A stretch of DNA of 64,000 nt from an uncultured Alphaproteobacteria bacterium (GTDB lineage: Bacteria; Pseudomonadota; Alphaproteobacteria; ATCC43930; CGMCC-115725): assembly GCA_963762425.1 (NCBI GenBank), contig CAVXKY010000010.1, forward strand, positions 16,324-80,323, in the 5' to 3' direction. The position numbers were made by a program, and so were the translations under genes. This document shows, in pieces, positions 28,189 to 37,582 of the stretch. The notes under the pieces were generated by a model. It was not told the origin of the DNA. It searched no databases and saw nothing but the letters and a program-made list of their open reading frames with translations. The stretch's first letter is position 1, and every line of letters begins with the position of its first letter.

Positions 28189-28659
28189 ATGAATTCCAAC
28201 CCCATGCATCTCATCCATGGCACGTCGGTCGCCCTGGGCCGGGCGGGCGTCCTGTTGCGCGGGCCTTCGGGCGCGGGCAAATCCGACCTGGCGTTGCGTC
28301 TGATCGACCAGGGCGCGGAGCTGGTTTCCGACGACCAGACCGCGCTTTCGCTGCGCGCCGGCGAGGTGGTGATGCGCGCGCCCCCGTCGATAGCCGGCGT
28401 GATCGAGGCGCGGGGCGTCGGCTTGCTGCGCCTGCCGCGCCGGGCCGAGGCTGCTTTGCGCCTGGTGGTCGATCTGGTTTCCGCGGATTCCATCGAACGC
28501 CTGCCCGAACAGCGGGCTTGCGACATACTGGGCGTGTCGATCCCGCTGATCGCGCTCGCCCCCTTCGAGGCTTCGGCCGCCGCCAAGCTGCGTCTGGCGC
28601 TCACGGTGCTGGCGGGCGACGACATGCGCGCCGCCGAGACGGCGCTCGCCCGGCCATGA
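28189..28659 (+). CDS. hprK: HPr kinase/phosphorylase, short alphaproteobacterial form
   Basis: HGTSVALGRAGVLLRGPSGAGKSDLALRLI (P-loop), EARGVGLL. Confidence 0.88.
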   Translation: MNSNPMHLIHGTSVALGRAGVLLRGPSGAGKSDLALRLIDQGAELVSDDQTALSLRAGEVVMRAPPSIAGVIEARGVGLLRLPRRAEAALRLVVDLVSADSIERLPEQRACDILGVSIPLIALAPFEASAAAKLRLALTVLAGDDMRAAETALARP

Positions 28660-29585
28660 AATCCCCCGCCCGTCCGCAGCGCGGCCGTCTCATGGTCGTC
28701 ACCGGCATGTCGGGGGCGGGGCGGTCGACCGCGTTGAAGGCGTTCGAGGACATGGGCTACGAGGCGGTCGACAATCTGCCGCTGTCGCTGCTGCCCAATC
28801 TCTTCGGTCCGCGCCGGCTGGAGGCGCCGCTCGCGATCGGCGTCGACGTGCGCACGCGCGACTTCGCCGTGCCCGCGCTGCTGAAGGCGCTCGACGAGCT
28901 GGTCAAGAGCAACAACATCGAGCTGCGCATGGTGTTCCTCGATTGCGACGACGACCGGCTGGAACGCCGCTACACCGAAACCCGCCGCCGCCATCCGCTG
29001 GCGGCCGATCATCCGGTGGCCGACGGCATCAGGCTGGAACGCCAGCGCGTCTGGCCCTTGCGCGACCGCGCCGATCTGGTGATCGACACCTCGTCCCTTT
29101 CATCCGCCGATCTGAAGCGCGTGTTGCAGGGCCATTTCCGGCTCGACCACGCGCCCGGCATCGCCATCTTCGTGACCTCGTTCTCCTACCGCCACGGCCT
29201 GCCGCGCGACGCCGATCTGGTCTTCGACATGCGCTTCCTCAAGAACCCGTTTTACGTTCAGGATTTGCAGGCGTTGTCCGGCCGCGACCGCGAGGTCGGA
29301 AAATTCATCGAATCCGATCCCGATTTCGCCCCCCGCTTCCAGGAGCTGTGCGACTGGCTCGCCAAGCTGCTGCCGCGCTACGAGGCCGAGGGCAAGTCCT
29401 ACCTCACCATCGCGCTGGGCTGCACCGGCGGCCGGCACCGCTCGGTCTACGCCGCCGAACGGCTCGCCGCCTGGTTCGCCGGAACGGGGCGGTCGGTCGG
29501 CATCCTGCACCGCGACCTCGACCGCCCGGAACCGGGGACGGAATCCGCCCAAGCGCCCGAACACGCCGTAAAGGACATCGCATGA
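28656..29585 (+). CDS. rapZ: RNase adapter protein RapZ (YhbJ)
   Basis: ATGA overlap with hprK. VVTGMSGAGRSTALKAFEDMGYEAVDNLP, FDMRFLKNPFY, CTGGRHRSV. Confidence 0.9.
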   Translation: MKSPARPQRGRLMVVTGMSGAGRSTALKAFEDMGYEAVDNLPLSLLPNLFGPRRLEAPLAIGVDVRTRDFAVPALLKALDELVKSNNIELRMVFLDCDDDRLERRYTETRRRHPLAADHPVADGIRLERQRVWPLRDRADLVIDTSSLSSADLKRVLQGHFRLDHAPGIAIFVTSFSYRHGLPRDADLVFDMRFLKNPFYVQDLQALSGRDREVGKFIESDPDFAPRFQELCDWLAKLLPRYEAEGKSYLTIALGCTGGRHRSVYAAERLAAWFAGTGRSVGILHRDLDRPEPGTESAQAPEHAVKDIA

Positions 29586-29986
29586 TTGGCATGGTTCTCG
29601 TCACCCACGGCCGCCTCGCCGCGGAATTCATCTCCGCGCTCGAGCACGTCGTCGGCCCGCAACGCAACATCGCCGCCGTCTGCATCGGCCCGGAAGACGA
29701 CATGGAACGCCGCCGCCAGGACATCCTGCGCTCGGTCGAGGAGGTCAACACCGGCCAGGGCGTGGTGCTGCTGACCGACATGTTCGGCGGCACGCCGTCC
29801 AATCTCGCCATCTCGATCATGGACAAGGCCAAGGTCGAGGTCATCGCCGGCGTCAATCTGCCGATGCTGATCAAGCTCGCGAGCCTGCGCGAGAGCGAAA
29901 GCCTGGCCGAGGCCGTGCGCGGCGCCCAGGAGGCGGGCCGCAAATACATCAACGTCGCGTCGCAGTTGCTCGCTGACGTCAAGTAA
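29582..29986 (+). CDS. PTS EIIA component, mannose/fructose family
   Basis: MIGMVLVTHGRLA (phosphorylatable His), LLTDMFGGTPSN. Confidence 0.85.
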   Translation: MIGMVLVTHGRLAAEFISALEHVVGPQRNIAAVCIGPEDDMERRRQDILRSVEEVNTGQGVVLLTDMFGGTPSNLAISIMDKAKVEVIAGVNLPMLIKLASLRESESLAEAVRGAQEAGRKYINVASQLLADVK

Positions 29987-30306
29987 TGGGCGAACCGCCC
30001 GCCAGCGCGTCCGCGCCCGGCCCCGCGGAAGCCCGGCGCACCGTCACCATCCTCAACAAGCGCGGCCTGCACGCACGCGCCGCCGCGCGGTTCGTCAAGC
30101 TCGCCTGGGAATACGACGCCGAGATCACCGTCACCAAGACCGGCGCCTCGGTCTCGGGGCGTTCGATCATGGGGCTGATGATGCTGGCCGCGGGCCCGGG
30201 CAGCGTCCTCGAGCTTTCGGCCGCCGGGCCCGACGCGGCCGCGGCGCTCGACGCGCTCGCGGCGCTGATCGCCGGCGGCTTCAACGAGGAAACCCATGAA
30301 GAGTGA
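29986..30306 (+). CDS. ptsH: HPr family phosphocarrier protein
   Basis: TAATG overlap with the EIIA gene. VTILNKRGLHARAAARFV (His-15 context), SGRSIMGLMML (Ser-46 context). Confidence 0.88.
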   Translation: MGEPPASASAPGPAEARRTVTILNKRGLHARAAARFVKLAWEYDAEITVTKTGASVSGRSIMGLMMLAAGPGSVLELSAAGPDAAAALDALAALIAGGFNEETHEE

Positions 30307-32050
30307 ACGCCGGCTCCAGGGCCTGGGCATCTCGCCGGGCATCGCCATGGGCCCGGCCTATGTCACCGACGAGGGCGCGATCGTGGTGCCCGAGCGCCGC
30401 CTCGAGGCTTCCGAGGTGCCGGCCGAACTCGAGCGTTTCGGCCACGCGGTCGAAACCTCGTTGAAGCAGTTGCGCAAGCTCAAGACCAAGGCCGCGAATC
30501 TTCCCGGCTCGGCGGCGGAGGAGATGGGCTATCTCCTGGACGCGCATGTCGCCATGCTCGGCAAGTCGCGTTTCACGCGCGGCGTCGAGCGGCGCATCGG
30601 CCACGACCGCGTCAACGCCGAGCGCGCGGTCGAGTTGGAGATCGACCAGCTGGGCGAAAGCTTCGCCGCCATGGGCGACGCCTATCTCGCCTCGCGCATC
30701 GAGGACGTGCGCGTCGTCGGCCGCCGCCTGTTGCGCGCCCTGACCAAGACGCCCTTCACCGCCTTCAAGACGCTGGCGGAAGGCTCGATCATCCTGGCCG
30801 AGGAGCTGTCGCCCGCCGATACCGCGCTGATGGACCCGCGCCAGGTCCGGGGTTTCGCCACGGTGCTGGGCGGCGCCGAGGGGCACACCGCGATCATGGC
30901 GCGCGCGCTCAACATTCCCGCGGTGCTGGGCGTGGCCGGGCTGTTGAAGGGCGCCTTGCCCGGCGATGTGGTGGCGCTGGACGGCGTCACCGGCGAGATC
31001 GTGCTCAATCCCTCGCCGGCCACCTTGGCGCGCTTCGAGAAGCGCCGCTCGGCATTGGCGCGCGAGGGCAAGGGTTTGCAGCGTTTGAAACGCCTGCCCG
31101 CGATCACCCGCGACGAGGTCGAGGTGACGCTCCAGGCCAATCTGGAACTGCCGCGCGAACTCGACCAGGCGCTGGCGGCGGGCGCCCAGGGGCTGGGCCT
31201 GGTCCGCACCGAATTCCTCTACATGAACCGCGAGGATTTGCCCGCCGAGGAAGAGCAGTACCAGGCCTATGCCGGGCTGGTGCGCGGCATGGAAGGCCGC
31301 CCGGTCACGCTGCGCACCCTCGACGTGGGCGGCGACAAGCTGGCGGCGCCCTTGGCCGAATCGCTCGAAGGCGAGGGGGCCAACCCGGCCTTGGGCCTGC
31401 GCGCCATCCGGCTCTCCCTGAAGGAACACGGCTTGCTCGACGCGCAGCTCGCCGCCATGGTGCGCGCGGCGGCGCTCGGCCCGGTGCGGATTCTGCTGCC
31501 GATGGTGTCGAGCGTCGGCGAGGTCCTGGCCGTGCGCGAGGCGCTCAATCAGACCGCGCGGCGCCTCAAGCGCCGCGGCGCGCGCATCCCCGACCCGATT
31601 CCGCCCTTGGGCGTGATGATCGAGATACCGGGCGCGGCGCTGGCGGCCGACGCGCTCATCGCCGTGTCGGATTTCTTCGCCATCGGCACCAACGATCTGA
31701 TCCAATACACCCTGGCGGTGGACCGCGGCGACGAGCGCGTCGCCTATCTCCACAATCCGCTCCACCCGGCGGTGCTGCGCCTCATCCAATTCGCGGTCGA
31801 GGCCGCGCTCCGGGCGCACAAGCCGGTCAGCCTGTGCGGCGAAATGGCGGGCGATCCGCGCTATACCGCGCTCTTGCTCGGGCTCGGCATCCGCGATCTG
31901 TCGATGGCGCCGGCCAATATCCCCCGCGTCAAGCAGCGGATTCGGGCCATGGACCTGGCTTCGGCGGTGCAACGCGCCCGCACCATCATGGATCAGCTCG
32001 ATGACGGGCGAATCGCAAGCTTGCTCGACGATTTCAACGCACTTGCCTAG
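30296..32050 (+). CDS. ptsI: Phosphoenolpyruvate-protein phosphotransferase (Enzyme I, short form without a GAF domain)
   Basis: 584-aa ORF. GGAEGHTAIMARAL phospho-His region, GLGLVRTEFLYM, FFAIGTNDLIQYTLAVDR, SLCGEMAGDP. Confidence 0.93.
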   Translation: MKSERRLQGLGISPGIAMGPAYVTDEGAIVVPERRLEASEVPAELERFGHAVETSLKQLRKLKTKAANLPGSAAEEMGYLLDAHVAMLGKSRFTRGVERRIGHDRVNAERAVELEIDQLGESFAAMGDAYLASRIEDVRVVGRRLLRALTKTPFTAFKTLAEGSIILAEELSPADTALMDPRQVRGFATVLGGAEGHTAIMARALNIPAVLGVAGLLKGALPGDVVALDGVTGEIVLNPSPATLARFEKRRSALAREGKGLQRLKRLPAITRDEVEVTLQANLELPRELDQALAAGAQGLGLVRTEFLYMNREDLPAEEEQYQAYAGLVRGMEGRPVTLRTLDVGGDKLAAPLAESLEGEGANPALGLRAIRLSLKEHGLLDAQLAAMVRAAALGPVRILLPMVSSVGEVLAVREALNQTARRLKRRGARIPDPIPPLGVMIEIPGAALAADALIAVSDFFAIGTNDLIQYTLAVDRGDERVAYLHNPLHPAVLRLIQFAVEAALRAHKPVSLCGEMAGDPRYTALLLGLGIRDLSMAPANIPRVKQRIRAMDLASAVQRARTIMDQLDDGRIASLLDDFNALA

Positions 32051-32098
32051 AATCCCGCCGATTCGACTCGGGGTCCCGAGTCGCGCCGCCGGAGGGCC

Positions 32099-34158
32099 GA
32101 CATCGCCAATTTCGTCCTGACGCAGCCGCTTTCGATCGCCGCTCTGGCGCTGCTGGCGCTGGCCGCGCTGGGGGCTTTCTGGTGGCTCCGGCGCGCGCAT
32201 CGCATCGGGACCGAAACCCTGGAAGGCGAACGCAACCGGCTCGCCTCGCGCTTGGGCGACAGCGAAAAGCAGCGCGCGGCGCTGCTGACGCGCGCCGAAA
32301 CCGCCGAACGCGAGCGGACATCCTTGCGCGCCATCCTCAATGCGCTGCCCATCGCGGTGTGGCGCCGCCGTTCCCACGATCTGAGGCTGATCGGGATCAA
32401 CCGCGCCTATGCCGCCTCGGTCGATGCCGAGGCGGCCCAGGCGCTCGACCAGGGGCTGGAATTAGCGGCATCCGAAAGCCGGGCATTGGCGCAACGCGCG
32501 CGCGACCAGGGCACGCCCCAGCGCGAGCGCCGCCATGTCGTGGTCGAAGGCGCGCGCAAGATGCTCGAGCTGTCGGAGATACCGCTCAAGGAAAGCGGCG
32601 AGCTGGTGGGCTTCGCCGGCGATCTGACCGAGGCCGAAGCCTTGCGCGGCGAACTCGCCCGCCACACCGCCGCCCATGCCGCGGTGTTGGAGAACGTCGC
32701 GGCGGCGATCGCGATCTACGGCCCCGACACGCGGCTTTCGTTTTTCAACGCCGCCTTCGCCCAGCTCTGGCAGCTCGAACCCGATTGGCTCGCCTCGTCG
32801 CCGACCATGGACGAAATTCTCGAAACACTTAAGGGAAAGGCGGCGGATTCCCGAACACGCCGATTTCAAGGCCTTCAAGAAAGACCAGCGCGCGCTCTTC
32901 ACCTCGCTCATCCAGCCGCAGGAGGAATTGCTGCATCTGCCGGACGGGCGCACCTTGCGTTTGAACGTCAGCCCGCATCCGCTGGGCGGCCTCACTTTCG
33001 TCTACGAGGACGTGACCGACCGGCTGGCGCTCGAACGCTCCTACAACGCCCTCATCGCCGCGCAGCGCGAAACCCTCGACAATCTCTACGAAGGCATCGC
33101 CGTGGTCGGCTCCGACGCGCGCTTGAAGCTGTGGAACCCGGCCTTCGCGCGGCTGTGGAAACTCGCGCCCGAGGATTTGGCCGGCGAGCCGCACATCGCC
33201 GACATCGTCGAGAAATGCCGCGCGTTGTCGGCCGAGCCCGGCCCCTGGCCCGAGGCCAAGCGGCGCATCGTCGCGGCGCTTCATGTCGCACGCGGGCTCC
33301 TCCTCGCTGCTGGAACGCGCCGACGGCTCGCGGCTTCAGGCGGCGACGGTGCCGCTGCCCGACGGCAACGTGCTCTTGAGCTATCTCGACGTCACCGACT
33401 CAAGCCGGGTCGAGCAGGCCTTGCGCGAGCGCACCGAGGCGTTGGAAACCGCCGGCCGCCTCAAGAGCGAATTCATCGCCAACGTCTCCTACCAGCTGCG
33501 CACGCCCTTGAACGCCATCGGCGGCTTCGCCGAGATCCTGGCCAACCAGTATTTCGGCGAACTCAATCCGCGCCAGATGGAATACAGCCGCGGCATCTTG
33601 GAGAGCGCGCAGAAGCTCTCCGCGCTCATCAACGACATCCTCGACCTCGCCACCATCGAAGCCGGATATCTCCAGCTCGAAACCGCGCCGGTCGACGTGC
33701 ACGCGCTGATGAACGCGGTGATGGCGTTCGCGCAGGAACGCGCGCGCAACCAGGGGATCGCGCTCGAATTCGACTGCCCGGCCGATATCGGCTCCCTGGT
33801 CGCCGACGAGAAGCGCTTGAAACAGGCGCTGTTCAACCTGGTCTCGAACGCCATCAAGTTCACGCCTTCGGGCGGCGCCATCACGCTCCGCGCCCGGCGC
33901 GAGAAAGGCGGCGGCGTGGCGCTCGGCATTTCCGACACCGGCATCGGCGTGGCGCCCCAGGATCACGCGCGCATCTTCGAGAAATTCGAGCGCGGCCAGG
34001 GCCGCGAGGCGGGGGCGGGGCTGGGCCTGTCGCTGGTCAAGAGCCTGGTCGATCTCCACGGCGGGCGTGTCGAGCTGCAATCGGCGCCCGGCTCCGGCAC
34101 CACCGTCACCATCCACATCCCGGCCGCCTCCGAGGCGCTGCGCCAGGCGGGGGAGTAG
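32099..34158 (+). pseudogene. PAS-domain sensor histidine kinase with two same-direction frameshifts and no canonical start before its TM helix
   Basis: Readable in three frames: ORF 32252 up to ..DEILETL; ORF 32676 for ERRRIPEHADFKAF..LWNPAFARLWKL..KRRIVAAL; ORF 33283 for SHAGSS..H-box SEFIANVSYQLRTPLNAI, N box, G boxes. Extra bases at about 32831 and about 33281. An upstream in-frame TM segment (LSIAALALLALAALGAFWW) has no ATG/GTG/TTG before it. Confidence 0.8.
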
Positions 34159-34159
34159 C

Positions 34160-35176
34160 TCACAGCTTCGGCACGCCGCTGGTGGTCGAATATTCGAAAT
34201 GCAGCGCCTCGCCGGGATGCACCAGCGGGAAGATCGCGTGCGCGGCCAGCGCCGCCTCGGCGAAGCCCGACAGGATGAGCTTGAGCTTGCCCGGATAATG
34301 CGCCACGTCGCCGATGGCGAAAATCCCCGGCACCGAGGACATGCAGGTCGCCGGGTTCACCTTCACGTGGTGCTGTTCCAATTCCATCCCCCACTGCGCG
34401 ATCGGCCCGAGCTCGGCGGCGAGGCCGAAGAAGGGCAGCAGCACATCGGCTTCCAGACTCCGCGTCTTGCCGTCGAGATCAGCCACGATCACCCTTGAAA
34501 GATTCCCGCCGCCGCCTTCGAGCCCCTGGAGCTGATAAGGCGCCACCAGCTCGATCTTGCCCGCCTCGGCCAAGGCCTGGAGCTTCGCCGCCGAGCCGGG
34601 CGCGGCGCGGAATTTGGCGCGGCGGTGCACCACCATCACCCTGGCCGCGACATCGGCCAGCGAGATCGCCCAATCCACCGCCGAATCGCCGCCGCCGGCG
34701 ATGACCACGCGCTTGCCCCGGAAATCCTCGCGCCGGCCCACCAGGTAGAACACGCTCTTGCCTTCGTATTGCTCGATGCCGTCGAGCGGCGGGCGGTTGG
34801 GGCCGAAGGCGCCCGATCCGGCGGCGACGATCACCGCCCGCGCCTCGATCTCCGTGGCCTTGGCGGTCTTGAGCCTGAACCCGCCCGCGCCAAGGCTTCG
34901 AGCCCGGTCACCGCCTGGCCGAGATGGTAGCGCGGCGAAAACGGCGCGGCCTGTTCGGCCAGCTTCTCCACCAGCTCCTGGCGCGTCGATCCGGGGATAG
35001 GCGGGGATGTCGTAGATCGGCTTTTCGGGATAAAGCGCGATGCATTGCCCGCCCTGGTGGTCGAGCGCGTCGATCACCTGGCAGGAAAGCTTCAACATGC
35101 CGCATTCGAACACGGCGAACAGGCCCACCGGCCCCGCGCCGATGATCGCCACATCCGTCTTGAAGCTTTCCGCCAT
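34160..35176 (-). CDS. Thioredoxin-reductase-like ferredoxin-NADP(+) reductase (NAD(P)/FAD oxidoreductase); the ORF stays open but about 35 codons are out of frame
   Basis: MAESFKTDVAIIGAGPVGLFAV, GGGDSAVDWA, GIFAIGDV. Between about 34990 and 34885 the expected QELVEKLAEQAAPFSPRYHLGQAVTGLEAL is readable only in an alternate frame, indicating a compensating indel pair. Confidence 0.85.
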   Translation of the reverse strand: MAESFKTDVAIIGAGPVGLFAVFECGMLKLSCQVIDALDHQGGQCIALYPEKPIYDIPAYPRIDAPGAGGEAGRTGRAVFAALPSRPGGDRARSLGAGGFRLKTAKATEIEARAVIVAAGSGAFGPNRPPLDGIEQYEGKSVFYLVGRREDFRGKRVVIAGGGDSAVDWAISLADVAARVMVVHRRAKFRAAPGSAAKLQALAEAGKIELVAPYQLQGLEGGGGNLSRVIVADLDGKTRSLEADVLLPFFGLAAELGPIAQWGMELEQHHVKVNPATCMSSVPGIFAIGDVAHYPGKLKLILSGFAEAALAAHAIFPLVHPGEALHFEYSTTSGVPKL

Positions 35177-35231
35177 GGGCTCTCTCCCGCGCCCAACCAT
35201 GACGGCGCCACCGCTTTTCCGCAACCCCGCC

Positions 35232-35280
35232 GCCCCCTCCCCAACCCTCCCCCGTAAACGGGGGAGGGTTGGGAGGGGGC
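35232..35280. repeat. Near-perfect GC-rich hairpin repeat with a 22-bp stem (GEGWGEG-type element)
   Basis: GCCCCCTCCCCAACCCTCCCCCG-TAAA-CGGGGGAGGGTTGGGAGGGGGC in the divergent region between the fpr-like gene and tsaE. Confidence 0.7.
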
Positions 35281-35365
35281 GAAGGGCGCACAACGCTTAT
35301 CCAGCGCTCAAGACGAAACACGACCCATCCTTGCGGGGGGCCGCGCGGCCCCCTAAAACTATGCC

Positions 35366-35854
35366 GTGGATGGGGCGCTTTCCCTGAGGATCGATCTGCC
35401 CGACGAGGCCGCAACCGGCCGCCTCGCCGCGCGCATTGCGTCGCGCGCCCAGAAGGGCGACGTGATCGCGCTGTCGGGCCCGCTCGGCAGCGGCAAGACC
35501 AGCTTCGCCCGGGCATTCATCCGCGCCTGCGGCCTCGACGCGGCGGAGGTGCCGAGCCCCACCTTCATGCTGGTCGAGGTTTACGACGGCGGCGCCGGCC
35601 CGCTCTCCTGGCCGGTCTGGCATTTCGATCTCTACCGCATCGAGCAGCCCGAGGAGATTCGCGAACTCGGGCTGGACGAGGCGCTGGCCGAGGGCATCTG
35701 CCTGATCGAATGGCCGGAGCGTCTGGGCGCGTATCTCCCGGCCGAACGTCTCGACCTGGCCTTGGCCATGGGGAAGCACGAGACCGCGCGCGTCGCATCT
35801 CTGTCCGGCACGCTCTCCTGGCAAAAGCGGCTCGAGGGCATCAAGGGTGATTGA
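35366..35854 (+). CDS. tsaE: tRNA threonylcarbamoyladenosine biosynthesis protein TsaE
   Basis: GTG start. LSGPLGSGKTSFARAF P-loop, SPTFMLV, HFDLYR. Confidence 0.88.
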   Translation: MDGALSLRIDLPDEAATGRLAARIASRAQKGDVIALSGPLGSGKTSFARAFIRACGLDAAEVPSPTFMLVEVYDGGAGPLSWPVWHFDLYRIEQPEEIRELGLDEALAEGICLIEWPERLGAYLPAERLDLALAMGKHETARVASLSGTLSWQKRLEGIKGD

Positions 35855-36850
35855 ACGCGCCACCCATATCGAGCGGTTTTTGAGCCAGGCAGGCTGGAGC
35901 GCAGCCCAGCGCGATCCCTTGCCGGGCGACGCGTCTTTCCGCCGTTATGTGCGGCTGACCGGCCCGAGAACGCCCGCGCGCTGCTCATGGACGCCGCCCC
36001 GCCCCGGGAAAACGTGCGGGCCTATCTCGCCGTGGCGCGGCTGTTGCGGGGATTGGGCCTGGGCTCGCCCGCCATCCTCAACCAGGACGCCGAGCACGGC
36101 CTTTTGCTGATCGAGGATCTGGGCGACGACACCTATACGCGGCTCCTGGCGCAAGGCGAGGATGAGGAGCCGCTTTACGCTCTCGCTGTCGACGTTCTGA
36201 TCGAGCTGACGCGGCGCTTCAAGCCCAAGGAGGCGCCGGGCTTGCCGGCTTACGACGACGAGCGGCTGTTGAACGAAGCCGCGCTGCTGGTCGATTGGTA
36301 TTGGCCGGCGGTTTCCGGCAAGAAGGCCGATCCCGGTTTGCGCGCGGAGTATCTCGGCTTGTGGCGCGATCTCTTCCCGCTGGCGCGAAGCGTGCCCTCG
36401 ACGCTGGTGCTGCGCGACTATCACGTCGACAATCTGATGCGCGTTCCCAACCGTTCCGGTCTCTTGGCTTGCGGCCTGCTCGATTTCCAGGACGCGGTGC
36501 TGGGGCCGTTAAGCTACGACCTGGTCTCGCTCTTGGAAGACGCGCGGCGTGACATCGCGCCCGATCTGGCCCAACGCATGAAACAACGTTATCTCGACGC
36601 CTTTCCCGCCATCGACCGGAGGGATTTCGACGCCTCTTATGCCGTGCTCGGCGCGCAACGCCACGCCAAGGTGATAGGCATCTTCACCCGGCTCAGTCAA
36701 CGCGACCGCAAGCCGCAATATTTGTCCCACATCCCGCGCGTCTGGCGGCTGCTGGAGCGCAGCCTCAAGCACCCCGATCTGGCGCTCATGGCGCGCTGGT
36801 TCGAGGCCCATTTCCCGCCCTCCGCGCGCCGCGTCCCGCCAACACCATGA
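35847..36850 (+). pseudogene. Aminoglycoside phosphotransferase-family kinase (AmgK-like), one frameshift
   Basis: N-terminus ..GDASFRRYVRLTGP in the frame of ORF 35847; the rest (ENARALLMDAPP.., LVLRDYHVDNLM, LLDFQDA) in the frame of ORF 35987. One base is missing at about 35966. Confidence 0.8.
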
Positions 36851-37578
36851 AACAATCCCCCGCCATTCCCGAGACCACCATCGTTCTCGCCGCCGGGCGC
36901 GGCAAGCGCATGGGCGCGCTCACCGATTCCGTACCCAAGCCGCTGATCAAGATCGAAGGCCGCGCCTTGATCGATCACGCGCTCGACCGCCTGGCCCAAG
37001 CCGGGGTCAAGCGCGCGGTGGTCAATCTCCATTATTTGGGCGACGTCATCGAGCGCCACTTGAAGCCGCGCCGCGACATCGCCGTCGAATTCTCGCGCGA
37101 GGAAACGGCGCTCGAGACCGGCGGCGGCATCAAGAAGGCGCTGCCCTTGCTGGGCGAGACCTTCTACGCCGTCAACGCCGACGTGTTCTGGCTCGACGGC
37201 AAGCTGCCGGCACTGGCGCGGCTCGCGCGCAAATTCTCTTCCGAACCGTTCGACGCGGTGTTGCTGATGCAGCGCGCCACCACCGCCGTGGGCTATGACG
37301 GTCCGGGCGATTTCTTCCTCGATCCCCTGGGGCGGCTGCGCCGCCGCCGCGAGCGCGAGGTCGCGCCCCAGGTCTTCGCCGGGGTCGAAATCCTGCACCG
37401 CCGCCTGTTCGATGAGGCGCCCGAGGGCGCGTTCTCGATCAACCTGCTGTGGGACCGCGCCATCGAACGGGGCCGGCTCGGCGGGCTGGTGCATGACGGC
37501 GAGTGGTATCACATCGGCACGCCGTCCGGCCTCGCCGCCGCCAACGAACGCCTCGACAGCCACCGCGTCGAACGCTGA
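36847..37578 (+). CDS. Nucleotidyltransferase family protein (MurU-like sugar-1-phosphate uridylyltransferase)
   Basis: IVLAAGRGKRMGALTDSVPKPLI, ETGGGIKKA. Confidence 0.85.
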   Translation: MKQSPAIPETTIVLAAGRGKRMGALTDSVPKPLIKIEGRALIDHALDRLAQAGVKRAVVNLHYLGDVIERHLKPRRDIAVEFSREETALETGGGIKKALPLLGETFYAVNADVFWLDGKLPALARLARKFSSEPFDAVLLMQRATTAVGYDGPGDFFLDPLGRLRRRREREVAPQVFAGVEILHRRLFDEAPEGAFSINLLWDRAIERGRLGGLVHDGEWYHIGTPSGLAAANERLDSHRVER

Positions 37579-37582
37579 CCCC

